Below the pieces are notes generated by a model. That model had not been told where the DNA came from. It did no database searches and was given only the letters and a program-made list of their open reading frames with translations. The position numbers and the translations under genes were made by a program. Below, one piece after another: positions 9,687 through 22,634 of a stretch of DNA of 64,000 nt (position 1 is the first letter of the stretch; each line of letters begins with the position of its first letter). The stretch is from positions 190,868 to 254,867 of the forward strand of contig NW_027192210.1 in assembly GCF_041956535.1 (NCBI RefSeq), in the 5' to 3' direction. The stretch is from Calcarisporiella thermophila CBS 279.70. Lineage: Eukaryota > Fungi > Calcarisporiellomycota.

Positions 9687-11202
9687 ATGGCCGAAACCCT
9701 GCAGCTTCGCGGCACCCTCAAAGGTAATGTATCGATGGATGGATGGATGGATGGATGGCAAGGTGGATGGCCGTGTGTTTCATGTTATTAATGCGTCGTC
9801 TCCATTTGCTTTTTATTGGACATTAGGTCACTCTGGGTAAGCATAGGATAGACATCCCTCTAGATTGAGGAGGCTACTCTATTTTTCTAGGCTTCCTTCC
9901 AGGCCTCGCCAGAGCGCGTATGACTGACTTGGCTGCTTCTCTATTTTTCTTCCACTAGTTGGGTTACTTCCCTCGCCACCTCGTCCGAAGCCCCTGACAT
10001 GCTCCTGTCCGGCTCTCGCGGTACCTTGCTCTTTTTCATAAGTCGGATGCATGGATTTGCATTTCTCACGCTCTTCTTCCGTTTTCATCCCCATTTTCTA
10101 GACAAGACCTTGATTGTGTGGCACCTTACTCGCGATGAGTACAACTACGGTGTGCCCCGCAAGTCTCTGCACGGCCACAATCACTTCGTTCAGGATGTCG
10201 TCATCTCCTCCGATGGTCAGTTTGCGCTCTCCGCCTCCTGGGACAAGACCCTGCGTCTCTGGGACCTCAACACCGGCGCCACCACCCGCCGCTTTGTTGG
10301 GCACACCGGCGATGTGTTGAGCGTGTCCTTCAGCGCAGATAACCGACAGATTGTGTCGTCTTCGCGTGACAAGACCGTGAAGCTGTGGAACACCCTGGGC
10401 GAGTGCAAATACAACATTACCGAGAACGGACACAGCGAGTGGGTCTCGTGCGTGCGCTTCTCACCCAACCCCAAGAACCCTGTCATCGTTTCCAGCGGAT
10501 GGGACAAGCTTGTCAAGGTAAGCAGGCGTCGATCGTGGTGGTGGGGGGAGACGTGGGAGAGAGGGGGAGGGAAAATGATGTTTTCTCTATATTTGCTACT
10601 TCGGAGGTTCTCGCAGACCTATGAGATAGACAAACCACATTTTATCTGATCCCTTCCTCGCTCTCATCCCTTCAAATTCTCCCTTTCCTCCCCCCCCCCC
10701 ACCCTTTCCAACCCACCTTTAATCCAGCTCCCTCCAGATCGATGCTCACCCCTGCTGGCCTTTGCTTTTCTAGGTTTGGGATCTCACCAAGTGCAAGCTC
10801 CGCACAAATCACATCGGTCACACCGGCTACGTCAACACGGTGACCGTCTCGCCCGATGGCTCCCTCTGCGCCTCCGGTGGCAAGGATGGCATCACCATGC
10901 TCTGGGACCTCAACGAGAGCAAGCACTTGTACTCGCTCGATGCCGGAGACGAGATCAACGCTCTCGTCTTCTCGCCGAACCGCTACTGGCTGTGCGCGGC
11001 CACCGCATCGTGCATTCGCATTTGGGATCTGGAGAGCAAGTCGGTGGTGGATGAGCTGCGGCCCGAGTTCTTGGAGGCGAAGAGCTCGCGGAACAAGAGC
11101 GGCGACCCGCAATGCGTGTCGCTCGCCTGGTCCGCCGACGGAACCACGCTGTTCGCAGGCTATACCGATAACCTAATTCGTGTATGGGCTGTCGTTGCTT
11201 AA
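9687..11202 (+). CDS. ASC1: RACK1 (G-beta-like 40S ribosomal WD40 protein)
   Basis: [12 protein letters not shown]|GHSG|WVTSLAT...LSGSR|[56 protein letters not shown]. Exons 9687-9723, 9827-9836, 9959-10020, 10102-10517 and 10774-11202. Confidence 0.98.
9734..9757 (+). repeat. (GATG)6 microsatellite in RACK1 intron 1
   Basis: Seen directly in the sequence. Confidence 0.9.
10567..10655 (+). ncRNA. snR24: Box C/D snoRNA U24 (snR24) in RACK1 intron 4
   Basis: Box C ATGATGT at 10575-10581. Guide ATATTTGCTACT at 10589-10600, complementary to LSU rRNA AGUAGCAAAUAU. D' box CGGA, C' box ATGAGAT, box D CTGA at 10646-10649, and a purine/pyrimidine terminal stem. U24 is known to sit in the fungal ASC1/cpc2 intron. 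Confidence 0.88.
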
Positions 11203-11568
11203 ATTTGTGCTCTATAATTGTTTCTTCGTGTGTCTCTTTTCCTACATTTTTTTTTTCTCCCCCATATTTTAAAATATATTATCCCCCTCCCAAAAAAATA
11301 AGATTCTTTACATACATAGACATGTGCGGGATGGGATGAAACGTCTCAAGGGGGTTAGGGCTGTGAGATGAAGAAAGGAAGCAAGCAGAACAGTGCACTG
11401 GTTGCTATAAAGCTAGCAGAGCATTCTCCGGTTCTCGAGGAAAGGGCCAATATCCTCTTTACAGTACCTATTTACTTTGTGACTTGATATTGCAAAGGCG
11501 AGGCGAATTTTTTTGAGTTCTATCTCGAAACCAAACTTTGGATCATCCAGAAGAGAGATTGGAGCACC

Positions 11569-12412
11569 ATGAATATCAGGCAGGCCACCGTAAGCATGTT
11601 TAGATCCTCTCCCCTTTCAGTGGTTCTTGGTTTAATCGGCTGAATTCTCTTGATGTAGCTGGACGATCTGCTTGCGATGCAGAACTGCAACCTGCTGAAT
11701 CTTCCCGAAAACTATCAAATGAAATATTGTATATATCCTGTTGCTTATCTGTCGCCCACTTCTCTTTCCACTTATACACTTGTGACTCTATCCAGATTTC
11801 TACCATGCCCTCTCCTGGCCCCAGCTCTCTTACGTCGCCGAGGACCATAAAGGCCGGATCGTGGGCTATGTGCTCGCAAAAATGTAACCGATGATGGATG
11901 CTTACTTTTTCGGTGTGCATTTTCATTCACACCCCCTCGATCTATCTAGGGAAGAAGACGCAAGCGATGTCCCTCATGGTCACATTACCTCTCTCTCCGT
12001 GATGCGCACCTACCGAAGACTCGGGATCGCAAACAAATTAATGACCCAATCCCGTTAGTATTATGGTGTTTCTGTTATGGGTAATTGTCGATGGACCACT
12101 GATGCTTTTGCACAATGCCATAGAGAGGGCCATGGTTGAGGTATTTAATGCCAAGTATGTATCGTTACATGTGAGGAAGAGCAACCGCGCCGCATTCCAT
12201 CTCTACAAAGACACATTAGGGTTCAGGTAGAGTTCTGTTTCTCTCTTGTGAAGGAATTGTGGTTGAGTGGCAATACTTATTTTTTTTTTGGGGGGGGGGA
12301 TAATAGCATACACGATATTGAGAAGAAATACTATGCGGATGGAGAGGACGCCTATGCAATGCGTAAGGATTTAGGAGAGTTATCTTTGGAGGGTTTATCA
12401 TTGAATGAATAA
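11569..12412 (+). CDS. ARD1: N-terminal acetyltransferase A catalytic subunit (Naa10)
   Basis: Spliced product MNIRQAT|[40 protein letters not shown]...[23 protein letters not shown]...[15 protein letters not shown]...[19 protein letters not shown]. Confidence 0.95.
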
Positions 12413-13043
12413 ACGGAATATTGGTTGAGTTTCTATCTCTCGTAAATTGGATCTATTTATTCCGGCTCTCTTTTCACTACACTCGCCCCTTGTTCCTTTG
12501 GATAAACAAATACGACTGGAAAAAGGGGTGAAGCGTTCCGATAGTGGAGCTAGAGACATAGTTGGTTATTCCAGTTACTTTACTTGTGGGGTTTTCAGAT
12601 GGAATAAGAAATTCACTATAACTGCAAAGTTTCAGTTGTGTAAAAAAAAAAAATGCAAAAGCAGCCTAATGGCTATCGCTTGGATTAAGTATAAATGTAT
12701 ATTTATTGGTAAGGGTGAGGAACTGTATATCGCCAATTAATTCTTTGATTAATCCGTTGGAATCTTTGAAACCTTTTTAGACAATTCTGGAAATAGGGAT
12801 GCACACTATTGTATTATGTCGAAAATGGAGGCATGTGGCTATTACATGAAGTCATTTTTTTTGCTTCCAACACTGGTGTGCATGGTCAATCTTATCGCCC
12901 CTTCGTCCTATATTGAAAATGTATAGTTTGGCTCAAGGCTCCACACTTCCATTTTGTTTTTGCTCGAAATCATCGTGACTGCTATATCATAGAATATCAA
13001 GGCAGCAGCTTTGAGGTTCCTTGGTTCATAGCGTGCAAGCGAT

Positions 13044-14044
<1,001 letters not shown>

Positions 14045-14326
14045 AATAAACAAGATCTTGTCATATTCATTTACCCTAGATGGCAGATAAGATGACATTC
14101 GAACGCATGGCCAAAGGCCATTTGTACAGTATTGGAGTGGTAATACAAAAGAGAAATCTACTAAATTCTCTGCAAGTTGGAGAGAGAGGGTAGCACCACA
14201 ACACGAACAAAGGATGGGGGTTAGAAAAAAATAAAAACTAAAGTCCCTGACTCCTAAAATTTATTTAGCAGTACCCAACATTTAAATAGGCCAACACTTC
14301 TCCCGCACATACGCCTACCCACCACC

Positions 14327-16250
14327 CTACTCATCTCCATTCAATTCCTGTTCACCCCGCACGTATACCAGCACGGCCTTAGCCGCCGTGCACCTGTCCT
14401 GATACTTTTCCAAGCAGCTCTCCAGCATCTCCAGCCCCTCCCGCCTAACCCTCACCGCCTCCTCCAGCTTGGCGGCCCGGCCACCCTCCTTCTTGTCCAT
14501 CACGGCAAAAAAGATCTTCCACCCGGCAACCAGCTCGGTGAAGGCATCGTACTGATCATCCAAGGCCGCGACATGATGCCACGCCATGGCCGCCACCGTG
14601 AGCGAGGCCACGGCCAACCCTAGGAGCGCGTAAGGGCGCCACCACCACCACCAGATGATGAAGCCAAGCACCAGGTAGAGGAGGGGGAGGAGGGCGAGGC
14701 CCGTGAAGATCTTGTCCTGGGCCCGCACTTCCTCGTAGATTTCGCGCTGCTCGGCCCGCTTCGCCAGAATGTAGACCGGCAGGTGCACCAGCAGGGCGTG
14801 GGCAAACAGCGGGAACTGGGCCAGTGACTTCAGGGCCTGCAGCCCGGTTTGGCGACTCACACGCTTGGCCTCCAGCCCCGTGCGCTGCGCCTTGTACAGG
14901 TGGTCATCTCGAATCCGAAGCTGCATCAAGATGTTTCGATATCTTAGCAGCAGCTTTTGGAGCTCGGCCACCTCGGGCGCATTGGGCGCCATCTCGACGA
15001 AGAAGTCGATCAAACTCTGCGTCAGTGGGATGAAGTCCTCCGGCGGCACCAGCAGATAGTGGGTGTCGAACGCATGGGGGGAGGAGAAGAGCAGCTGACG
15101 CGAAATGTCGGCCGCGTGCCATGCATCCCAGTTCGGGGCATTGATTCCGATCCGACGCACCGCAGCATACACGTCGGCGGTCAGCCGTTTCACGGTAGGG
15201 CGTGGATCCTTGAAGAAGTCCTCCACGTAGGAATCAATTTTAATTGGCTTTCCGTACCTAAGAAGAGGGCGAGAAAAAAAAAAAGAGGCAGGGGGGGGGG
15301 GGCGGAACAAGGGTAAAAGAATCAGCTCTTAGTTCTGTTGTATAGAAACACGGAGAGGATGCGTGAATAGTTACGTAATGATCACCACCGAGCGATACTT
15401 GCTCTTTTGTGGATAAGTGATACACACTGGGACGATGACGGCGGGCTTGTATTGGTAGGAGGAGGTGATGTCTTGGGGAGTATTTTCCTTGAGGTATTTA
15501 ATGTATTCCAGGGCAGCCTAACGAAACGCGAAAGCAACATCAGCATAACACAGAAGAGACAGAAGGTGAAATGATAGCAACCCATGAGATTCCGTCCTTG
15601 AACTCTAACATACTTGGTAGGGTTGACGAGGTCCCTGAAGCGGTGGAAGAAGCATTAACACGCTCGCCCGCATTACCCCCTCCCCCAAAAGTGCTTCATG
15701 CTTTACCTTCTGGAAACACGCACACCATCTCTCCGAGCGCCAAGACCTCAAAGGTCGATCGGAATAGCAGCTGATTGTTCTTAGTGGTGCGGTCCACGGG
15801 CACTACCCCGCCATTTCTAATAATGCCACCGAGAATCTTGTTTCTGAAGAGGGAGTCTTTGGCCCACATGTGTACCTTGCGCCCATGTGGGAGGGTGCAA
15901 GCAATCACAGCCGGATCTACAATCATGTTGGAATGGGTGCTACAAGCCAGGATCATGTAAGGAATCAGAATATCAAACACGGATGAGAAGGCCTAAGGGA
16001 AGGACCCACCTTGCTCTGGGGCGAAGAAAAAGTGATGGCAAAGCAATTAGATAATTAAAGCAGGGTTAGCAAGCATTCCGCACTGCCTTCAACAATGTAT
16101 TAAAAAAACGATGGGAGAATCAATTTACAAGAGGGCAGGCTGATCGACCGGGATGTTTTCCTCGCCAATGACATACACATCGCGGAAGAACGACCACAAG
16201 CTTGCACGCGACAAGCCCGTCACTATGTCATAGCACACGCCAAATGGCAT
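14327..16250 (-). CDS. Glycerol-3-phosphate/DHAP O-acyltransferase (Gpt2/Sct1-like)
   Basis: ATG 16250 MPFGVCYDIV...FFRDVYVIGEENIP. Motifs HSNMIVD, GVVPVDR, VFPEGTS and FKDGISWAAL, plus C-terminal TM helices. Includes a 6-nt micro-exon at 16010-16015. Confidence 0.9.
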
Positions 16251-16800
16251 TGTTCAACAGCGGTAGTTCAGGGATTATTCTGAGATCTTGAGGGAGAGGG
16301 GGGGGCTGTCGCCTGACGGTTCTCGTCGATACCGAGAGCTCATTTACAATTTGCTCGCGTGACTGTTGGGTTTAGGAAGGTGGTGCTTCCTATACTGAGA
16401 ATTCCCCAAATTGATTAAGACAGGGTTGTGCATGCTGATTGGCCCTGAGACCACCATTTCAAACGAAACCAGAAACAGCGCATTCTGCCTGCTTGGCCCA
16501 ACATTGCCCCCCAAAATTGCCCCCCGCGGAGGCTTATTTTGCTTATTAAGGGGCTTTGCAGCAGACGCATAGCCGCTGGCGGAGATGGGGTCAGAGACGA
16601 TGGTATTGAAGGAATGGGAGAGGTCTTTAGAGGGAGAGAAGTAGAACTGACATAAATAGGGGGGGAGGGGGGCATTAGAGAAGAGTAAGCACAAAGACCG
16701 TGCGGAGTGGAAGAAAGACAATACATTGAACCGCAACGGGGGGTAAGACTACATATCTTCTAGTATAGACAAGTATAGACTGAGATAGAGACAGATAGCA

Positions 16801-17459
16801 TTAGGATATATGGACGCCATTGACGATCAGCTCGTCGTAGGAGGTCAGCTCCAGCACTCCCCCCGCCTCCTGAAGCGCGGTATGTCGATTGGGGAGGGTT
16901 TCGTGCCGAATGTCGACGAAATCCTCCTCCTCTCCCTCCACGATAGGCGGGGGAAAGGAAAAGTAAGAGTGCACCGGAGCCGGTGGAGACTGCGGAGGAA
17001 ACGAGGCCGAGATCCGAGAGCGAGCGCGTGGGTTAGGGGGAAGCCGCACGGCATGGCGAGCGCCTGTGCCCAAGGCCGCGTTCGAAGCAGAGGGAATTGG
17101 AACAGGCAGGGTTGGAGAGGGTGTCAGTTCAACAGGAGCGCTTACGAGCGTGGACGATATTGACGGGAGCGGCGGGGGAGGGGGAACGATGGCTGGAGCG
17201 TCGGAACGATGCATGGGGGCTTGTGTGGGGAGCGGGGGCTGCGAGGGCTGCGAGGGCTGGGCAGGCTGCGTGGCAGCAGGAGGGTTCGGGGGAACACGGG
17301 AGAGACGAAGGCGGGAGGACACCTGCGAAAGAAGCTATAGAGCATGAGGTGCACGGTCAATAAGGACAACGGAGGGGGCGTAGGGGGGGAAGAGGCACGA
17401 ACCTGGCGTCCTTCAGAGCAGAACGTCGCAGACCCGCAGTTGGACAAGTCCCAGTTCAT
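16801..17459 (-). CDS. Hypothetical proline-rich protein (two exons)
   Basis: Exon 1 MNWDLSNCGSATFCSEGRQ. Intron 17335-17402 (GTTCGT...TAG) splices in frame to LLSQVSSRLRLSRVPP...HSYFSFPPP...GVHIS*. Confidence 0.6.
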
Positions 17460-17503
17460 GACTTGAGAAGAGCGAGCAAGAGAGAGAGAAGCAGGCTTGT
17501 TCT

Positions 17504-17527
17504 CTTCTTCTTCTTCTTCTTCTTCTT
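17504..17527 (+). repeat. (CTT)8 microsatellite
   Basis: Seen directly in the sequence. Confidence 0.9.
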
Positions 17528-18484
17528 GGGCGCGGCGTCAGATGCTGCGCGAGACCATCCGTAGCCAAAGAGCCGGCGGTCGAAACTCGTGCCTGGGAGG
17601 AGGGCGGGTCGGGCCAAGCAACAGGCTGCAGGCCAGACGAGGATTTGGGGAACAAAAGGAGGCCAACACGACCGCCGGCTGTCAGATTCGAAAAGGTGCA
17701 GGTGGCCCTTCCCCACGCCTGCAAAAGGGAGAAGAGGAGGGCGAGAAAATCCAATTGCGGGCGGGCGCTGGGCCAAGGTCGAGTCACCGGACCCCCCACG
17801 CGCATTGTAAACGAGGGGCTCAGTGGCACGCGCCGTCATTTGCTCGCCTCCCCATTTGCTCCCTCCCGCGTCCCCCAATCGAAGGCGGCCCGCCGGGAGT
17901 TGGGAAGCGCGCATCAGACGAGTTTCAGAGGGGGCGGTGGACCGAAAAGGGCGTGTGGCCGAAATTCAAATCGATCATTCTCCTCGATCACACCAGCCTC
18001 GTGCCATTGGGGAGGGAGCGGCACGCGTTACACGGCCGTTCCGGAACGAGGCTAGCGCGTTGGGAATTTAGCCGTGGGGACGGGCTGCGGCCCCCAAAGC
18101 GGCAACCGCGCAAATTAAAAATAGCACAGGCCACTCGCCGGGATGCATACGAATTCCAGGGGAGGCGTTTCAGACGGCGCTTCAGACGGCGCATCGACAC
18201 TAACCTTAAACATTGGCTCCACTCACCCGTTGAGTGGCCCCACTTGTCCGTGCAACCATGAAAAGAAAGTTTTTGCGCTACGCTCTCTTCGCCGTGCCTG
18301 CTCTGCACCTGCGCAACCTCATCCCATTCCTTATTGCCTCGTTCCCGCCCGCCCCTGCGCGCTGCTTCCCGCTGCTCTGTTGGCATTCGTTGATGCCGAT
18401 CAATCCCTTGCATCGCGCCCTCCCAATCCAATACCCCATCCGGTCCCCTCATCGAGCCTCGAGCCTCGTTGTTTACCCCTAGAA

Positions 18485-21400
18485 ATGTCGCAATCCATCG
18501 GCCACTGGCAGAACTCCTCCACCACCTCCATCAACTCCTCCTTCTCCATCTCCTCGCAATCCGCGAGAGCGCGCGGCGAATCCTCCCCGATCCTCAGCTG
18601 GGAGGACACCCTCACCATCCTGCTGCAGTATGGATCGCGGGCCTCGTCCTCAAGCAAGCCCGATCCCGGCCCATCCTCGGCAGCCACTAGCCGCTCCTCC
18701 TCCTCCTCCTCCACCTCCTCCGCCTCCTCCTCCACCTCTTCGACCACCACCGCCGACGACGCCTATTCATTGCCCGCGATCTCCCCTACCTCTCCCTCCC
18801 TTGACCTGGACTTCATGTCATCCAACGCGGAGGACATGCTGAAGACGATGAAGAAGAAAAAGGATTCCCCGGCCGGCTCCGCGCAGAAAACGGCTCCCTC
18901 CAAGAAGCAGGTGACTTCGGAGGAGATCCGAAAGCATGTCATGGAATCGCTTCGCATGTCCCATCCCGATCTCATTAGGTCTGCTGCAAGATCGGGAGCC
19001 GGCTCGGCCCCCATCCTCGGCTGGAACGAAACTCTCGGCGTGCTGTTGAAGTACGGAGGCGAGCGTGGATCGCTCGCTGGCGACGAGCATCGCTTCTCAA
19101 AGATACCCGCATCCTCAGTCTCTGCTGGCGCTTCAGCCAACACCCAGGGCCGCCCGAAAACCTCGGCGGGCTCGCCCTCGAGCCATCCCTCCCCCGCGGC
19201 GAGGGCTCCTCCTCTCCACAAGCCCGCAGAGAACGGGGGTCATCTGCCCGCGCCGGACAAGTCTTTTTCCCCCCCTCCCTCCTCCTCACCCGCTCCTGCC
19301 AACCGCCTCCCTAGACAATCCTCACTCCCCCCTCCCTCCCTCTCGTTCAACCCTGACACCGACGAGACCTCCGCATCGGTCTCGGAGCTACGCGCTCGCC
19401 TGGTCAACCTCTCCCAGTCCCTCTACTCCCCCGACACGTGGGTGCCCGCGCACCAGCACCCCGAACTAGCTCCGCACAACTTCAACGACTGGCTGAAGGA
19501 GAAGAGTAGCCTCAAGTCGTCCATGATGGCGGGAGACGTTTCCCAGCCGCTGAAGCGGAGAAAGAGCGCATTGTCACGAGAATATCGCCCGGAGGAGCAG
19601 TTCCGGCGGCCCAAGGCAAGAAACGAGCCGGGCGAGACGGCGGCGCGAAGGGAGGCGAGCGTGCCGGCTGGCGCCAGGTTCGAAGAAACCGCAAAGACAT
19701 CGACCTACGACGTCGACAACCTCGAGACGGAGACACAGAAGATGACGGCGATTCTAAGGAGAAGTCTGAGCCTGACCCTGCCCACCGGGGATGGTGAGTG
19801 TGCCGTCTGCTTCCGACGCATTGCCTCCTTTCAACGCTAATGGTGGGGTCGCCTAACGTGTTTTCTTTTTGCTTCGATAGACGGCGAGTCGTTGGGCGAG
19901 GAACTCCCTCTGCTAGATCCGGATGCCAATCAGGCCTCTGAGAGGCAAGAGCTGATGTACACCCTAGTCGAGAAGTCACTGGGCCCTTTGCGCCACGACG
20001 ATCCGCCGGCTAGGACGGACCCAGCGGCTCAACCAATACACACCCAGCCTCGGCCCTCCTCCCCGACACCCCCCCCTGCCCCAAGGCAGCACTCTCCGCC
20101 CGCAGCCAGTTCGGCCCCGCCCAGAACCTCGGCCCCCGCCTCCCCGCCCCGGCCCATCTCCCCAAGCCCCCCGGAGAAGACCCTGCCGACTCCACCGCCC
20201 CCGTCTACGACTTCCAAGATCCCCTTTCGCGACAGCGTGCCCTTCTTCGAGGACGTGTCCCCTCCCACCCCGATCGACCCAGCCTCAGAGCCCGCCTCCC
20301 AGGCCACAACGCAGTTCGGCGGCATCACCGGCGGGTCCGTGGGCAAAAATTTCCGCAAAATCATCAACGCCCTCTCCTTCCGCACCTCCACAAGCAGCAG
20401 CAATAAGCGCCGCGAGGCGGAGACGCAGCACGACCACTACCAGCGGTTTCCTTTGCAGGTCGAGCATGCGATCTACCAGCTCTCACATATCAAGCTGGCC
20501 AACCCGCGACGCCCGTTGTTGCATCAAGTGGTCATCTCGAATTTGATGTTCTGGTATTTGTCGCTGATGTATCGGCAGCAGAACGGAGAGGTGCCCCTAA
20601 GCGTGGCTGCCGTACTGAAGAACAACCCTCGGCTGAAAGAGAGCTTGGGCATCCCGAGCACGGCGGAGGGAGGTAGTGGGAATGGGGCCGAGGGGGAAAA
20701 GGGGCGAAAGTTTGTAAAGCGGATGACACTGCAGGAGCGGTCGGCCCCCGCCACGGACTACACCCATCCCCAGCGGGCCCATTCCCTCGGAGGCCCTTCC
20801 TCGTCCTCTCTCCCGACACCGCCCCCTTCCACCGTGGTGGCCTCGGTGGCCTCGCCTCCTCATCTCCCGAAAAAATCAGAGGCCGACATATACATGCAGT
20901 ACCGCCAGCAGATCCGTGGCCAGTCCCTCCATGAGCAAGGCCGTCAGCAACAGCTAAAATACCAGCACCAGCACCAACAACAGCAACCGCATCAGCATCA
21001 GCAGCAACAGCAACAACAACACCACCACCACCACCACCACCACCAACACCAACAACAACAACAACAACCACTACAGCAGCAGCAACACCTCGCTGGTGCC
21101 ACTGGAGTTGGGAGCGTAGGAAAGGTAGCTGAACCTGGAATGCCAGCTTCGCCTGGTGCCCGGGCGCTGGTGGAGAATCGACGCCATTCGACTTACGTTG
21201 CGCCTTCCACCCACTCTGCTACCTTGACACGCGGTGCACTACAGCCACGTGCTCCGCAAGCGCAACAGCCCTTGTACACGCCAGCCCCTTCTCCAAAGTC
21301 ACGCCACTCCACCGCCTTTGTCCCCGCCTCCTTCCCATCGCCTTCCCAGCCTCTACTGCAAAAGAACCCCTCCACCAGGCCATTCCGCTCACCCAGCGAC

Positions 21401-22123
21401 TCGCTTCCTCTCTCCCTACAACCCGCTCTTCGCGCCAACTCTCAGCCTAATCCCCTTGCATCATCCACACCACCCCCCGCGCAGCCCCTCCGAGCCAACT
21501 CTCATCCCGCACCTGCTCCCGCTGTCAGACCCCCCGCCAAGTCCCCCTTGTACTCGTCGGCTAGCCAGATGATGCAGCGAGGATCGGCGCTGGAGCGGAT
21601 GTCCGAGACGGGGGGATCGGCCTCCTCGCAAACCAGACCCTCCCCCGCCCTCGGTTCATCCACGACGTTACTTGGCCAGCAGCCGCCTCCGTTCCAGGAG
21701 AATGCCAATGCTGCTGCCCCATCCCACGGCCAGCAGCTCATCAAAAGCAGACAGGTGCGACCGCCCTTCCTCCCGGTGCAGGACGCCTCTCAGTACTCGC
21801 CACGCCCACCCACCTCCGCCAAGCTCGCGGCTCGCCCCCCGGCCCTCTCCTCAACCCCGCCGGACGCTAGACTCCCGCTTCCGGGGTCGCCCGATTCCGA
21901 GAACAGTGCCCCCTTGCGTGACCGGGCCGACAAGCCCGAGGACGACGACGAGGTGTCGCTCTCTCGCTTCGTTCGCCGCAAACCGGTCCCCTCCCCGCAG
22001 CTGCCTTCGCCTCAGCTGCCGTCGCTCGAACTCGACATCTCCTCGGGCGGCGAGTTTGAGAAGGACTTTTTTGCCACGGTAGACCGCCGGTTCTCCGACG
22101 GGGTCTTTGTGGGGATCCGATAA
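18485..22123 (+). CDS. ZDS1: Zds1-like protein (Zds_C domain; PP2A-Cdc55 regulator family)
   Basis: WVPAHQHPELAPHNFNDWL, LKRRKSALSREY, and Zds_C RFPLQVEHAIYQLSHIKLANPRRPLLHQVVISNLMFWYL. Intron 19794-19880. Start ATG 18485 is assumed; the frame is open from 18143. Confidence 0.85.
20945..21090 (+). repeat. CAG/CAA/CAC trinucleotide tract encoding polyQ/polyH
   Basis: Encodes QHQHQQQQPHQHQQQQQQQHHHHHHHHQHQQQQQQ within Zds1. Confidence 0.9.
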
Positions 22124-22634
22124 TGGTTGTTGTTTTTTTTCTTCTTTTCCTCTCGAAATCTACTGTTCGCACCTGTCTTCTAATATCCCGAAAAATATCT
22201 TAACCCGTCTCGCCATTTCTTTTTCTTTTTACTTTGATCTTGTGCTTGTTTCATTTCTATTTCCTCTTTCTCTTTCTATTTGTCTTAATAAATCATGTTT
22301 TCATTATACATCTACTTTTCTATCTATCTATTCTCATTCTTTCTATCTATCTATATATTCATATATGTATTGCCCATTTGCCGTTTGGCCCTCTTCTCCT
22401 TCTTCGATGAATAGAAAGAGCTCCTTCCGAACCAGTCCATTATCCAAAGATTTATATATATATATAAAGAGGGATATCCTCTTAAGCGAGAATAGAAATA
22501 GAAACAGAAATAAGGACAATAAAAATAAAAATAGAGGAACAGTGAAAAATGCACATTACAGTCTCTGCACGGTAAGCTAGGAAGAGGAGAGGAGGAGAGG
22601 GGAGAGAGAAGGGGAAGGGGAGGCGAGCAGGTTG

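Noticed and set aside
17497-18261. 254-aa plus-strand ORF and overlapping ORFs in the ZDS1 upstream region
   Set aside because: Non-ATG start in a microsatellite, GC-rich promoter sequence, and no protein-like features.
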